DNA of 48,179 nucleotides, filler included, from Jimgerdemannia flammicorona (taxonomy: Eukaryota): the NCBI GenBank assembly GCA_003990765.1. It is 2 parts of 2 records of this genome, joined end to end, with 100 filler letters (N's around TTAATTAATTAA, not from the genome) between each part and the next. Parts side by side here need not be neighbours in the genome. Positions count along the whole stretch, not along the records: positions 24,141 to 48,179 come from RBNJ01001027.1; 1 more part is not named here. One strand, written 5' to 3'. This document shows positions 25,900 through 38,015 of the stretch, one piece after another (position 1 is the stretch's first letter; every line of letters starts with the position of its first letter). Under the pieces are notes generated by a model that ran no database searches, was not told where the DNA came from, and saw only the letters and a list, made by a program, of their open reading frames with translations. The position numbers and the translations under genes are program-made.

Positions 25900-27600
25900 A
25901 CCATTTTATTTCTTTTTTTGTTTATAAATACTCCTGCAAACATTTCTCTCTGCAGACACTTTCTTTCCACAAATACTTTCTTCTATAAACAGTTTCTCCT
26001 ACTATATATTCTTCTCTATATTCTGCTTGTCTCTCTCTTAGATCAGATCATTCTTGTTCAATAAAAGAGAAACATCAGAGATATCAATTATCTTATCATC
26101 TTCATCTAAGTTAATATCTTTATACAGATCATAAACTGTTTTTTCAATTTCAAGTAAATTGATATAGTTGTAAATCTTATTGATCATCTTGAGCTATTAT
26201 ATATATATTTTCTTATACTCCTTTTTATTGAAAGTTCTTAGTAAGGTATCAGGCCAGGTAATATAATCTAGCTATAATTATATAAAGAGATAAGTATATG
26301 CCAAATAAGTATATACATATATACTAATAAATATAAATCTATAAACTTGAAAATATACTTACAAATATACAAATAATAGCAACTATATGATAGTTAATAT
26401 GTTTGTCTTTTTGAAACATATTTATGAACTGAGGTTTTCATTTAAAGAATATGAAATAGAGTGATTGTTTTATATAATTGCTATAGAATAGCTTGCTAAG
26501 CTCACTCTTATTATTCTTTAGATAAATAAAATTATTTCAAACTTATAAATATTATACTACTTATTTGGTAAGTATGAGTAAGATCTTTTAGAGCTATAGA
26601 TTTTAGCTGATCTATATCAAAGACTTTGTGAATATGGGAATAACAGACTACAATCTGATGTTATAGCTATTTTTTTTAATAAAAATAAGAATAGTTGAGT
26701 TTATGAACTACCAAATAAATATATAAATAGGATATAAATAAAACACTCACTGTAGTATAAATTGACCTATTGCTGTCTTTGGTCTTTAAGTCCACATTCT
26801 TCAAAATTTTAATAACAATAAAAGATCTTTAAGAAAAAGATACATAATAAAGAAGTATATTCACTACAAGCTTCCAGATCACTTTATTAATTTTATATTT
26901 CTGACAGAGATTGCTAATACCTATAGATTTGCTAAATTATGATAAAAAAATTCAATTTGTATTTATAAACAAGCTATAATATACAAACTATAATTTATAA
27001 ACTCATTTTTAAAAACAACTTATCTATTTTTTTTTCCTATCTTGCTTAATCATCTGTCCTATATACCTAACTAAACCCTCTATATTATTATTCTGAAGTA
27101 CCTTATTATCTGAAAGCACCTCATTATCCAGAAGTACCTCATTGTTTAGAAGTACCTTATTATCTGAAAGCATCTCACTATATGGAAACATCTCATTATC
27201 CTAAATTATAAGCTCAGATTATTTATCATCTCTATCTTATTTACTACTCCCATCTTGTTCACCAACTCTGCTTTCATTTGATCTTATACAGTCTTTTGTT
27301 ATTTGGCTGCCCTCTCATTGAAGTTAGAAGCCACAAACTTACTAATATTGATCTTATCTAGATATGATATGATCTGCTTGGTTTCATATACCTTTATGAT
27401 CTGATACAGCTTATCTATGATCTGCTTCTTAGTTTTGTATACTTTTGTAGTCTGCAGCCTATCTGTAGTCTGCTGCTTCTTAGTTTTATAGAACTGATTT
27501 GATTTATTTATAGCTTGGTATATATTATTCATAACTTAGTACTTATTATTTATACTTGAGTATATTTTGTTTATCTTAGAATATGATCTGTTATCTTTAA
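25900..27600 (-). pseudogene. Heavily decayed spliced gene, probably transposon cargo divergent from the Plavaka transposase
   Basis: Minus-strand GT(A/G)AG...AG introns (CTTAC at ~26358, CTCAC at ~26746) and in-frame 21-bp repeats at 27095-27200; AT-rich decay like the Plavaka region it joins once the gypsy is removed. Confidence 0.4.
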
Positions 27601-27694
27601 GCATGAGGAGATTGTGGTAGGGAGAGAATAAGAAAAGATATAATTCTTCCAGATAAAGATCTCTTTTTATATCTGTAATATTTATAATAGATAT

Positions 27695-29038
27695 TGTAAC
27701 AAACTACGAAATATAGCAATCTCAAAACCTAACCAGGTGATGTGAACATTAGCATAGTATAGTAACTAGCAACCATTATTGTGGAAAAATATATAAATAA
27801 CCAGATAGCCAAAGAAGGAAATAATGTGAACAATGGCTGTCCTCTGGACAGTGGCTATCTACCAGACAGTAACCATCTATCTAAATACACCATAGATAAC
27901 AAATCTATAGTTAGCCAGATAGTAATCAGATAGCAACCACAATGTATAAATTACCCCAGAGACAAGAGTGAATAAACCTCAGTCTGAAATTCAGAATACA
28001 TTTCAACTTCAGTTTGCTTTTCAATATAAAGAAGAGTCTGAAAATTGAATCCAAAAAGTAAAAGACAAGTCTACCTACTACACTTTGAGAGATATGCCTG
28101 CCAAAAGCCACTTGATCCAGGAAGAATTGCAACACTTAGGAGAAATGCCCACTCTATAGCCACTATTAAAAGATTGTGAGCATTGATTCCCTTTTTCCAC
28201 TCTGGGCTACTTTCTGATATAAAGCTTGAAGATTTTGCTGTCTAAGTTTGAGAAAGAACTTCACTGCTGTATTCCCAGTTGAAGCTACTGATTCAGGAAG
28301 AATCCATGACAGCCAAGTTACTCATACCATCTAAGTTATTTCCCAGAAGCCCACTGATTCAGGAGAATCTATATCATCTGCTATTTCGAGTTATCTGTAT
28401 TCCCAGAAGAACCTGATTTGCGCCATCTGAGTTTCCATGACATCTGAGTTATCTGAGTTATCTAAGTTACTCACCACTGAGTTATTCATTTATTCTCAGT
28501 GAGCCAATATAGAAGAACCCACTACTAGTACAATTCCCAGTAAGAAGGATCTATACTATCCTCTATTTCCAGTGAGCCAAATTGAGTTATCTGCCAAATT
28601 ATCAGAATGTCCTGCATAAGGAACTCATCATGCTATACAAGATCATCATATAGAAATTATATAAAGAGAACCACTAAATTGCCAGACTGTTATGCACAAG
28701 GAGATTGTCACACTACATAAAGATCATCATACTACACAAGATCGCCATACCCAGAAATTGCATACTTTTGGAGATTGCCTCACTATACAAATTTGTGGCA
28801 TTCCTAGTTAACTTAAGAAGGAAACCCATTTATACACATAAACTGCTGCTACACTCAGAGAACTGTCCCAATTAGGAAATTGATACACAAATCACTCATA
28901 GATATCTAGCTTTTGACTATTATACTGCTAAATATCAAGAATATTTTGTTGCTTTTAACAAAGTAACTAAGGGCTCAAGCCAAACTACATCAACCCCCCA
29001 ACCTTGTAATTTGCCTCTATTGAGCCAGGCATGTTACA
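27695..29038 (+). repeat. 5' LTR of element C (1344 bp)
   Basis: TGTAACA...TGTTACA; direct repeat of 36727-38015. Confidence 0.95.
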
Positions 29039-29040
29039 TT

Positions 29041-29056
29041 TGGGAGCTCAACTGGA
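29041..29056 (+). promoter_or_regulatory. PBS, tRNA-Pro-like (TGGGAGCTCAACTGG vs TGGGGGCTCGTCCGG)
   Basis: 2 nt after the LTR; most differences from the tRNA-Pro PBS are G>A or C>T. Confidence 0.55.
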
Positions 29057-32000
29057 AAGATTTCAAAAATCGATATAACTTTTCAGCTTACAAGAACCCA
29101 TAGTCAAACTAGATACATTTGATATAACACCAATTTCTGCCACTACAGGAGAACCAGTTATTACCAGCATTTGGATAGGAAGAGAAGTAATCATATCAAG
29201 ACTTGCTGACTACCCAGCATCAGAAGGATTCTAGCTAGAAGCAGAAGACAGTATAGGTCAAAATCCCCAACCAGATCAACCAGACAATATAGACAGCCCT
29301 GCTGGAGATTTTGAAGAACTTGTACAAGAACTAGAAGATCTTATTACACAAGCCTGAGATCTTATAGCCAGACACCCCATATTCATCCCACCAATCTCCT
29401 CAATAGAACCTTTACCACAACCCCTTGCAGAATCTGAAGTAGCTCCTACAAAAATACCTAGGCCCATTCCATTTCGTCCAAGGCCCAGAACACTATCCTC
29501 AGGATATCCAAGCACCTCTATTTCTAGTGACAGCTCAGAAAGTAAATCAGAATCAGAATCCAGACCAGAACCAGAATCAGAAGAAAGTGATGATGAAATG
29601 GCCACCTCATTGCCAACCTTTGCAGAATACTCAGAGGAAGACCCTAGAGAATTCCTTGATAGAATTGAAGGAATTGCAGCCCTAAGGAATCTCTCAGATG
29701 AAAGAAAAATTGCCATCTACAAGGCTCAGCTCAGAGAACCAGCCAGAGGAATTTTCCATTAAACAGCAGACAACTGAGATTTAGAACTAGCAAGACAGAT
29801 ACAAGCAGCAATGTCTGATGAGCAAGAATATGTAGCCATGGTCCACTGACTTATTGTAAAGTATACAGAAAATGAAACCTGCCATAAGGCTCAAGAATCC
29901 ATTATAGGGATGAAGATGAATCTTAGAGAATCACTCAGAGCCTTCTTTATAAGAATCCAGAAGAGAATGTATGCTGCTGGGTTCAATGCCACCAACCAGG
30001 ACATTATAGGTCTAATGATCTTCATGAATAGAATTCCTCCAAACATTGCCCAACATGTCCACACCCTAGGCATCAGAAGGTCTGAAGAGTAAGTGGATGC
30101 AGTCTAAGGATTCTTTGATGTCAGACAAGGGACTACCTGGAGTGATTATGAGAAGAAAGAAGATAAAGAAGACATCCTGGTCAAAGCCCTACAAGGACTC
30201 CTTCAAGGACAAGAAAGATCCAAAGAAAGAAGGCCAGCCAAGAAAGGAAAGAAGGACAGAAGTGAAATCCAAGACCTTAGCTCCAAGTTGGACCAATTGG
30301 TTGGACAGATTGAAAAACTTACCACATGCAAAAATTGGGGCTACCAAGACAGCAGGGGATACCCACCACAGAGGAGCCAAGGTTATCCACCAAGAGATAA
30401 TAGGAATTACCAGCAAGAAGAAAGAAGGTATCCTATCTGAGACAGAGCCCAAGTCCAATGTTTTCACTATAGATAATTCAGACACTATGCTACTGAATGT
30501 GACAATAAAAGAAGTGACTGAAGGGACTCAGAACCACCAAACTGAAGGAATGACACTCAGTACAAGAAGGCTGAAGCCCATCCTGTTGAAGATTTCAAGG
30601 AAGCAAGCAACAGTGAAAACTACAGTGACCTAGACTTGTACCCTACCAAGGTTACCACCCAAAAGACAGTTTACCTAGCAGAAAAGAGGAAGAGACCTGT
30701 AGGAAGGCCATCCAGGAACATCAGCAGAAGAATCATCCAAGAAGAAGATGAAGAACATGAAGAGGAACAAGTAGAAATATCTCCCCGAACCCTCTCACCT
30801 TTTGTTCCTGAGACAAATGAGTTGCTACTAGAAGATGAAGAAATGGAATAAGAAGAATGGGAACCTGCTGCTCCAAAGCCTAAGAAGAAGTATACTCCAA
30901 AGACCATGCCTAGAGATATTTACAATAAAGCTTGGCAGAAGATTCAAGAAGCCAAGATAGAAGTTCCCCTCCTACAGTTCCTACAACTGACACTAGCTAG
31001 AGTTCAAAACAAATTACTGAGAACCACCAGGTCTAGCACTGGCCAAGTCCCAATCCCACAGCAAGAACCAGTTCCCATCCCTGTTCAAGCAGCTGAAAGA
31101 CATGTCAGTACCTACCTACATGGAGATATTGGAAGACAAAAGGCGAAGATCCTCATAGACACAGGAGCAGCTGTCTGTATTATTGCCAAATAGTTCCTGG
31201 ATACCCTCCAATGGCCCATTGATGGACCATCTAACCTCAGTATCATAGTAGCAGATGGAGCCTGAACTCAACCCCTTAGAGAAGTATAAAATATCACTAT
31301 CTCTCTTGGACACATTCAGTTCTCTATCTCCAAAGCTGTTGTCACTGAAGCTGACACCTATGATATGATTCTTGGCACCAACTGGATGAAGGAAATGAAT
31401 GCAGTTGTTGATATTGGCCAACAAGTACTCAAGTTTGATTACTAAGGCAAGAAGTATAGAGTTAAGGTGACTAGCTATGAGCAATCAAAGAAGAAGAAGA
31501 AGGTCACTATTCAGGAAGAATATGCCAGTAGTGAAGAGTCTACTAGAGAAGAGGAGGAAGAATCTGAAGATGGAAATAATCCCAGACTCAATCCCTGAAT
31601 CAATCTGGTGGATGACAGACCAGAAGACAATGTGTGGGCTAAGAACACCATTCCCATCACCATCAGAGCCATTGCAGGAGAAGCCAAGGGATGTCCTACC
31701 TGCCTCAAGAGACACAAGTATCCTGAGCACTCCTCCAAGATCATGGGAACAAGGAAATCACCTGGCACAGCCTGCCCAGAGTACAAAAGAAAGAAAAAGA
31801 AATGCAGACATGTTCCAGAAATACCTGCAACTGAAGCTGCAGAAGTACAAGCAATTTGGGGTCAAGAATCATCTGAGGAAGGAGAAACTTCTGACCAAGA
31901 AGTTCCTGAACAAGAAGTACCTGAAGAAGAAGAGGTTCCCGAACTCATTCCCTGGGATAACCCTTGCTGGACACCACCTGAAGACAATGACCCTTGGAAT

Positions 32001-32760
32001 ACAGAAGAAGGATCCAGTACAATCACTATTATTTCCAAGAAAGAAACTCACCAAGAAAAGGCTTTTTGGCTAGGAAGATGTCCACACCAAATGGTCTTCC
32101 ACTCTCCCCGAGACTACTGCCACCAGTGTCATCTGTTGGATCAACAAGAAAGACAGAGACCCCAGAGACCAGAACCCCCAACTACACTTGTACAGTCAAC
32201 CACCTTTTAAGAAGTTACCACAAAATTACAAAGTCAATTTAGAGGACAAGACTTCTTCACCCAAACAGAAATATACCCCTTGTCTACCCTTCCCCCAACT
32301 TATGATCAAGATAGGTACCAATTCCCAAGACAACAAGAGATCAACAGCTGGAAACATCATTTCTAAGCAATGGGATATTGCAACCATGGAAGACACCCTG
32401 ACTGCCAAGACTGCAGATATCAGAGGATTCACCTTAGTTATGATATTGTAGTCTATACTTTAAAGAGAGGAGACAACAGGGGCCAGATCCGAAAAAGCCA
32501 AACCAAGAAGCCAGAAAGAAAAATCCTCAAGTTCTATGATTTGGAAGAAGATATCCTAGCTCTCATTAGATATGCAACCCGCCAAGGATAGGCAAAAGAT
32601 GCTACCAACTTCATGGAAGTCCTAGACCCTATAGAAAGAAGAGGAATCAATTATCTCTGAGACCCCTCTACTGGAGCCAGATGGCTACACCTCAACCTTA
32701 GAGCTTGGAGGCTCTCTGCTAGTGGAGCTTCAGCCTGAACTCAGCAAGGATATTGCCCAG

Positions 32761-33165
32761 TATGTTCTGCTGCACCCCAAGGCCAAACCCCTGGCCAAAG
32801 CCCACCCAGAGGATATAGGATATGATCTTTACAGCTTAGAGGATAAATCTATCAAGCCTGGAAAAACCTTTATGATCAGAACTAGATTAGCTATACAGCC
32901 ACCCCAAGGAGCTTACATCCAATTGACCTCAAGGTCTGGACTTGCCAGACAAGGAATAACTATAGAAGGAGGAATCATTGACCCAGGATATATAGGCAAA
33001 ATCAAGGTTATTCTACACAACAGCAGTATAGAATGGTACTAAATTATTAGAGAACAGAAGATTGCCCAAGCAGTCTTCATGAAGGTCAGAACTCTACAAT
33101 TACAGGAAGTATCTAAACTAACTGAAGGAATGAGGCAAGCTAAAGAATTTGGAAGTTCAGATAAG
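32761..33165 (+). pseudogene. dUTPase domain within the gypsy pol
   Basis: Motifs GYDL, RSGLA, GIIDPGYIG, IAQ, FGSS in order; stop at 33040-33042. Confidence 0.92.
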
Positions 33166-34023
33166 AAGGAAGTACATCTCTTCCAAGTCAACCATCTCAA
33201 GAGGAATGCCCCCCAACAACTGTACCAGCAACCAGTCAGACTGCACAAGAACCTCATCCTGGAGCCTGGAGAACAAACAACCTTCGAAATCTTTGCACCA
33301 CCTGACCCCAGAAACCTTTTCTTTGAACCCAAGGAAGATATTCCCCACCTGGACATAGAAGGATATACATTCTCTGACAAGATGAATCTAGTACATTCCT
33401 GAGCAATCAACCAAAGTTGGGAAACCATCATCTTGCTAAGAGGAACCATCATAGGACATCTGGTACCTTTTCTCAACTGAACTCATAAAGAAGTTTATGA
33501 ACTAAACCTATTGGGAAATGGCAAAAGGTCTCAGAAGAAAGAAAAGGCCCCTTTGCAACCCAGGAGACAGTGAAGCCTTCCACCAACATTGGAGAAGAAT
33601 TGACACCTCAACAACAGCAACAATTAGTAGAACTTCTCAATAAATATCAAGATATCTTCACTATTGATTATGGCAACCTGCCATACAATCCATCATATTA
33701 CCACAGCATAAATACAGGAAATACAATACCCATCTGGCAGAAACCCTATAGAATACCCCATCACTTGAAAATATTCAAAAAGGAGTACATTTAAGAACTC
33801 TTAGACAATAGGGTCATCTGACCCTCTACCAGCCCCTGGGCCAGCCCTATACTTATTGTACCAAAGAAAGGAGGATGGAGACTCTGCATGGATTACAGGA
33901 AACTCAATTCAGTCACCGAAAAGGATATATATCCTCTGCCCAGAATTGATGACCTCTTAGATTAGTTACAAGATACCAGATACTTCAGCAGTATGGACCT
34001 CTTTGCAAGATTTCATGAAATCT

Positions 34024-34055
34024 TGTCAAGTCCTTCGGGACCACTGACACTTGAA

Positions 34056-34086
<31 letters not shown>

Positions 34087-34142
34087 GGCCCCTGCACAAG
34101 GATGATACTATCTTCCTGAGTGGATAGCCCTATATGGGCAAG
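34024..34142 (+). ncRNA. U6: U6 snRNA copy (probable retro-pseudogene) inserted in the RT domain
   Basis: GTCCTTCGGGAC 5' stem-loop, then AAATTGGAACGATACAGAGAAGATTAGCATGGCCCCTGCACAAGGATGATAC (ACAGAGA box, AGC triad, ISL). Flanked by AGATTTCATGAAATCT at 34008-34023 and 34143-34158. Confidence 0.95.
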
Positions 34143-36726
34143 AGATTTCATGAAATCTCCATGGACCTAAAAGATATTCAAAAGACAGCCTTCCTTGCTT
34201 TAGGAAAACTATTTGAATATCTCTGAATACCCTTTGGACTTTGCAATGCACCCCCCACCTTTCAGAGAATGATGAATTCAGTCTATGCTCCCTTGATCCA
34301 CTACTGCCTGATTATATACATGGATGATTGTAATATCTATTCAGTAAATTTTGAAGAACACCTGCACCACCTGAAGGAATTCTTCAAGCTCACCCACAAA
34401 AACCACTTGAGACTAAATGCAAAGAAATGCTACTTTGGGAAACAGAAACTTGAATTCCTTGGATTTATAGTCTCAAAAGAAGGAACCCATGCAGATCCAA
34501 AGAAAACCAAGAAGATCAACAATTGGCCAGTACCCAAGACTCCAAAAGAAACATTATCATTCCTGATGCTAGTATCCTACTACAGAAGATTTATCAAAAA
34601 CTTTGCCCAAATTGCTGCCCCAATCTGAATCCTTCTCAAGAAAGGAGTGCTATTCAAATGGACAGAATCACAAGAAAAAGCCTTCAAAGAACTTAAGAAC
34701 TGCATGACTATAGCACTAATCCTTGTATATCCCAATCTATAGAAGCCATTCATCTTGTATACAGATGCTTCTAAAGATGGTCTCAGAGTATTTATAGCTC
34801 AAGAAGGACTCAATCAACAGCACTATGTGATAGCTTATACAAGCAGAGCTATCAATCAGCAGCAGATGAACTATGGTAGCACCAAACTGGAATGTCTTGC
34901 AGTCATATGGGCAGTCACCCTGTTCAAGCATTACCTCATCAGAAAAAGGTTCACCCTGATCACAGACCATGCAGCCCTCAAATAGTTATTTAACCATAAG
35001 AAACCCACTGGAATCCTAGCCTGCTGGATCCTTATTCTTCAGGATTACAAAATTACTATCATCCACAAAGCAGGGAAAGCTCACAACAATGTTGATATAC
35101 TTTTCTGCCAGCCCCAATGAACTAGAAGAAGGGTGTCCCAAGGAATTACACTCTAAAGGAAGCTCCTTAGACTATTAAGGCACAAGAAGATCTCATCCAA
35201 AAAGAATATCAGAAAGCCCACTAAGAACAGATAAGTACAGAAGACAAGATTTAAGAACAATATCAACATTGGCCCCACCTCAGAACACAAGTCCAAGACA
35301 TTATTCAGAAATGTAATATCTGCCAGAAGTACTAAGGAAGGAAGAACTATCAAGCACTACTACAACCAATTGCACTATTAGACAATATCTTTCAGAGATG
35401 GGGAATAGATGTAATTGGACCTCTACCAGTTATACCAAGAAGAAATAAATATATTCTTGTATTTGTGGAACATCTGACCAAGTGGCCTGAGGCTTTCCCA
35501 ATGGAAATCACAGATGCCTTAACCATTGTAGGCCTCCTCCATGGACTCATACTCAGATATGAATCCCCAGAAGAACTTATCTCTGACTAAGGCACAGAAT
35601 TCATCAATAATATAATTACAAGTTATGCTTGAATTCACAAGATCCACCTCAAACGAATCACATCATATCACCCACAGACCAATGGCATGACAGAAAGAAT
35701 GAACCAGACCATCAAGAAAGGACTTGCCCAAGTTGATCCTATCAATTGGGACCTCTGCTTACCTGAGATCCTATGGGAAATCTGAAATACCCCTGCTGCT
35801 TCAACCAAACAAAAACCTTTCAAAATGATGTTTGCTAAGAAGACCAGAACTACTGACCATGAGAACCTTGGAAAGCTTCTTGAAAAAGAAGATCAGCTGC
35901 AAAATGAAGCCCAAATCCAGATTATCAAAGCCCAGGAAAGACAAAAGAAGTATTATGACCAGAAACAAAAGGATCAGAAGATCAAGATTGGTAATCAAGT
36001 TCTGGTTTAGAGAAGCATGATAGAAACAAACTTTACCACTAAACTGGAACTGAAATGGGAAGGACCTTATCTTGTATACAATATTAGAGAAACTAGCATC
36101 TATTTAAGAAGCATGGATGGACAAACCCTGAGAACAGCAGTATACATCAATCACCTCAAACTATATCTCCTCTCTATACCATAAGCCAAAGGATTGATCA
36201 GCATCTCCAGACATTGGTCCTCAGCTCCTTCCAGGCCCTACCAGTTCCCTTACCCCAGTTTCACCAACTTGAATGAACTCCAATACAATTGATCCAGAGG
36301 CATCAAGAGAATCTTGCCATTGCCCAAAGATTATTACAGATCTACCATCTATAGATCTCCTACAACATTGGACAATTACTTAAAGAATAGCCATACATTG
36401 GAGGACTAGCTGAGATAACCCACCAAGAAGCAAGAACTGCCAAATGAATCTACACTCTATACAAATGAAATGTTGGAGCCCTAGTGCAATCTCACTTCTA
36501 CCTCAATGATATTCATCAGATGAATGAGACCACCTTTCAGAGTATTCTCCAGTAAGTAGATATCCTGTTTTCCAAAGGATAAGAAGAAGACCCAGAGCTA
36601 GAATGGAGTGACCCTGACATAGACAATGAAGATGACAGAACAGGTATAGATGCAGAAGCAGCTTATACTTATTGGAATAATGACTGAAGAACAGTCTGGG
36701 ACAGACTATCCTTTAGTGGGGGCTGA

Positions 36727-38015
36727 TGTAACAAACCATGAAATGTAGCAATCTCAAAACCTAACCAGGTGATATGAATATTAGCTTAGCATAGTAACTA
36801 GCAATCATTACTGCAGAAAAATGTATAAATTACCAGATAGCCAAAGAAGGAAATAATGTGAACAGTGGCTGTTCCCTGGACAGTAGCTGTCTGCCAGACA
36901 GTGACTGTCCACCCAAATATACCATAGATAGAAAATCTATAGTTAGCCAGATAGCAACCAGATAACAACCACAATGTATAAATTACCTCAGAGACAAGAG
37001 TGAATAAACCTCAGTCCAAAATTCAGAATACATTTCAACTCTAGTTTGCTTTCCGATACAAAGAAGAGTCCGAAAATTGAATTCAAAAAGCAAAAGACAA
37101 GTCTGCCTACTACACTTCGAGAGATACACCTGCTAAAAGCCACTTGATTCAGAAAGGATTGCAATACTTAGGAGAAATGCCTGCTCTATAGCTACTACTA
37201 GGAGATTGTAAGCATTGGTTTCCTTTTTCCACTCCAGTCTACTTTTCAATACAAAGCTTGAAGATTTTACCACCTAAGTTCAAGGAAGAACTTTGCTGCC
37301 TTATTCCCAGTTGAAGCTGCCAATTCAGGAAGAATCTACAACAGCCAAGTTACCCATGCCATCTAAGTTATTTCCCAGAAGTCTGCCAATTCAGGAGAAT
37401 CTATATCATCTGCCATTTTCAAGTTATCTGTATTCTCAGAAGAACCCAATTCATGCTATCTGAGTTTCCACAATATCTGAGTTATCCAAGTTATCTAAGT
37501 TACTTACTGCCAAGTTATTCATTTATTCTCAGTGAGCTGATACAGAAGAACCTACTGTCAGTATAATTCCCAGTAAGAAGGATTTGTGCCATCCTCTATT
37601 CTCAGTAAGCCAAATCAAAATCATCATACAGAAATCACATAAGAAGAACTGCTAAATTGCCAGATCATCATATACAAAAAGATCATCATACTATATAGAG
37701 ATCATCATACTATATAAGATTACCACATCCAGAAATTGTATACTTTTAGAGATTGCCTCACTACATAAAATTGTGGTATTCCCAGTTGATCTAAGAAGGA
37801 AACCTGTTCATATATATAAACTGCCACTATATTCAGAGAACTGTCCCAATTAGGAAATTGACACACAAATTACTCACAGTTATCCAGCTTTTGACTATTA
37901 TACCACTAAATACCAAGAACATTTTATTACTTTTAACAAAGTAACTGAGGGCTCAAGCCAAACTACATCAACCCCCAATCTTATAATTTGCCTCTATTGA
38001 GCCAGATATATTGCA
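36727..38015 (+). repeat. 3' LTR of element C
   Basis: Direct repeat of the 5' LTR with a short internal deletion; preceded by TTTAGTGGGGGCTGA. Confidence 0.95.

Larger units (their letters stand above)
27695..38015 (+). mobile_element. Full-length Ty3/gypsy element C with dUTPase; 4-bp TSD ATAT
   Basis: LTRs 27695-29038 and 36727-38015; ATAT at 27691-27694 and 38016-38019. gag (MATSLPTFAEYSEEDPREFL from 29598; CCHC ~30457-30500), protease ILIDTGA ~31150, dUTPase, RT ([18 protein letters not shown]), RNase H (YTDAS, TDHAALK), integrase (WGIDVIGPL, QTNGMTER, KWEGPY), PPT 36711-36726. Confidence 0.96.

Noticed and set aside
34024..34142. Functional U6 gene
   Set aside because: No oligo(T) terminator, flanked by a target duplication and embedded in RT coding sequence; treated as a retrocopy.
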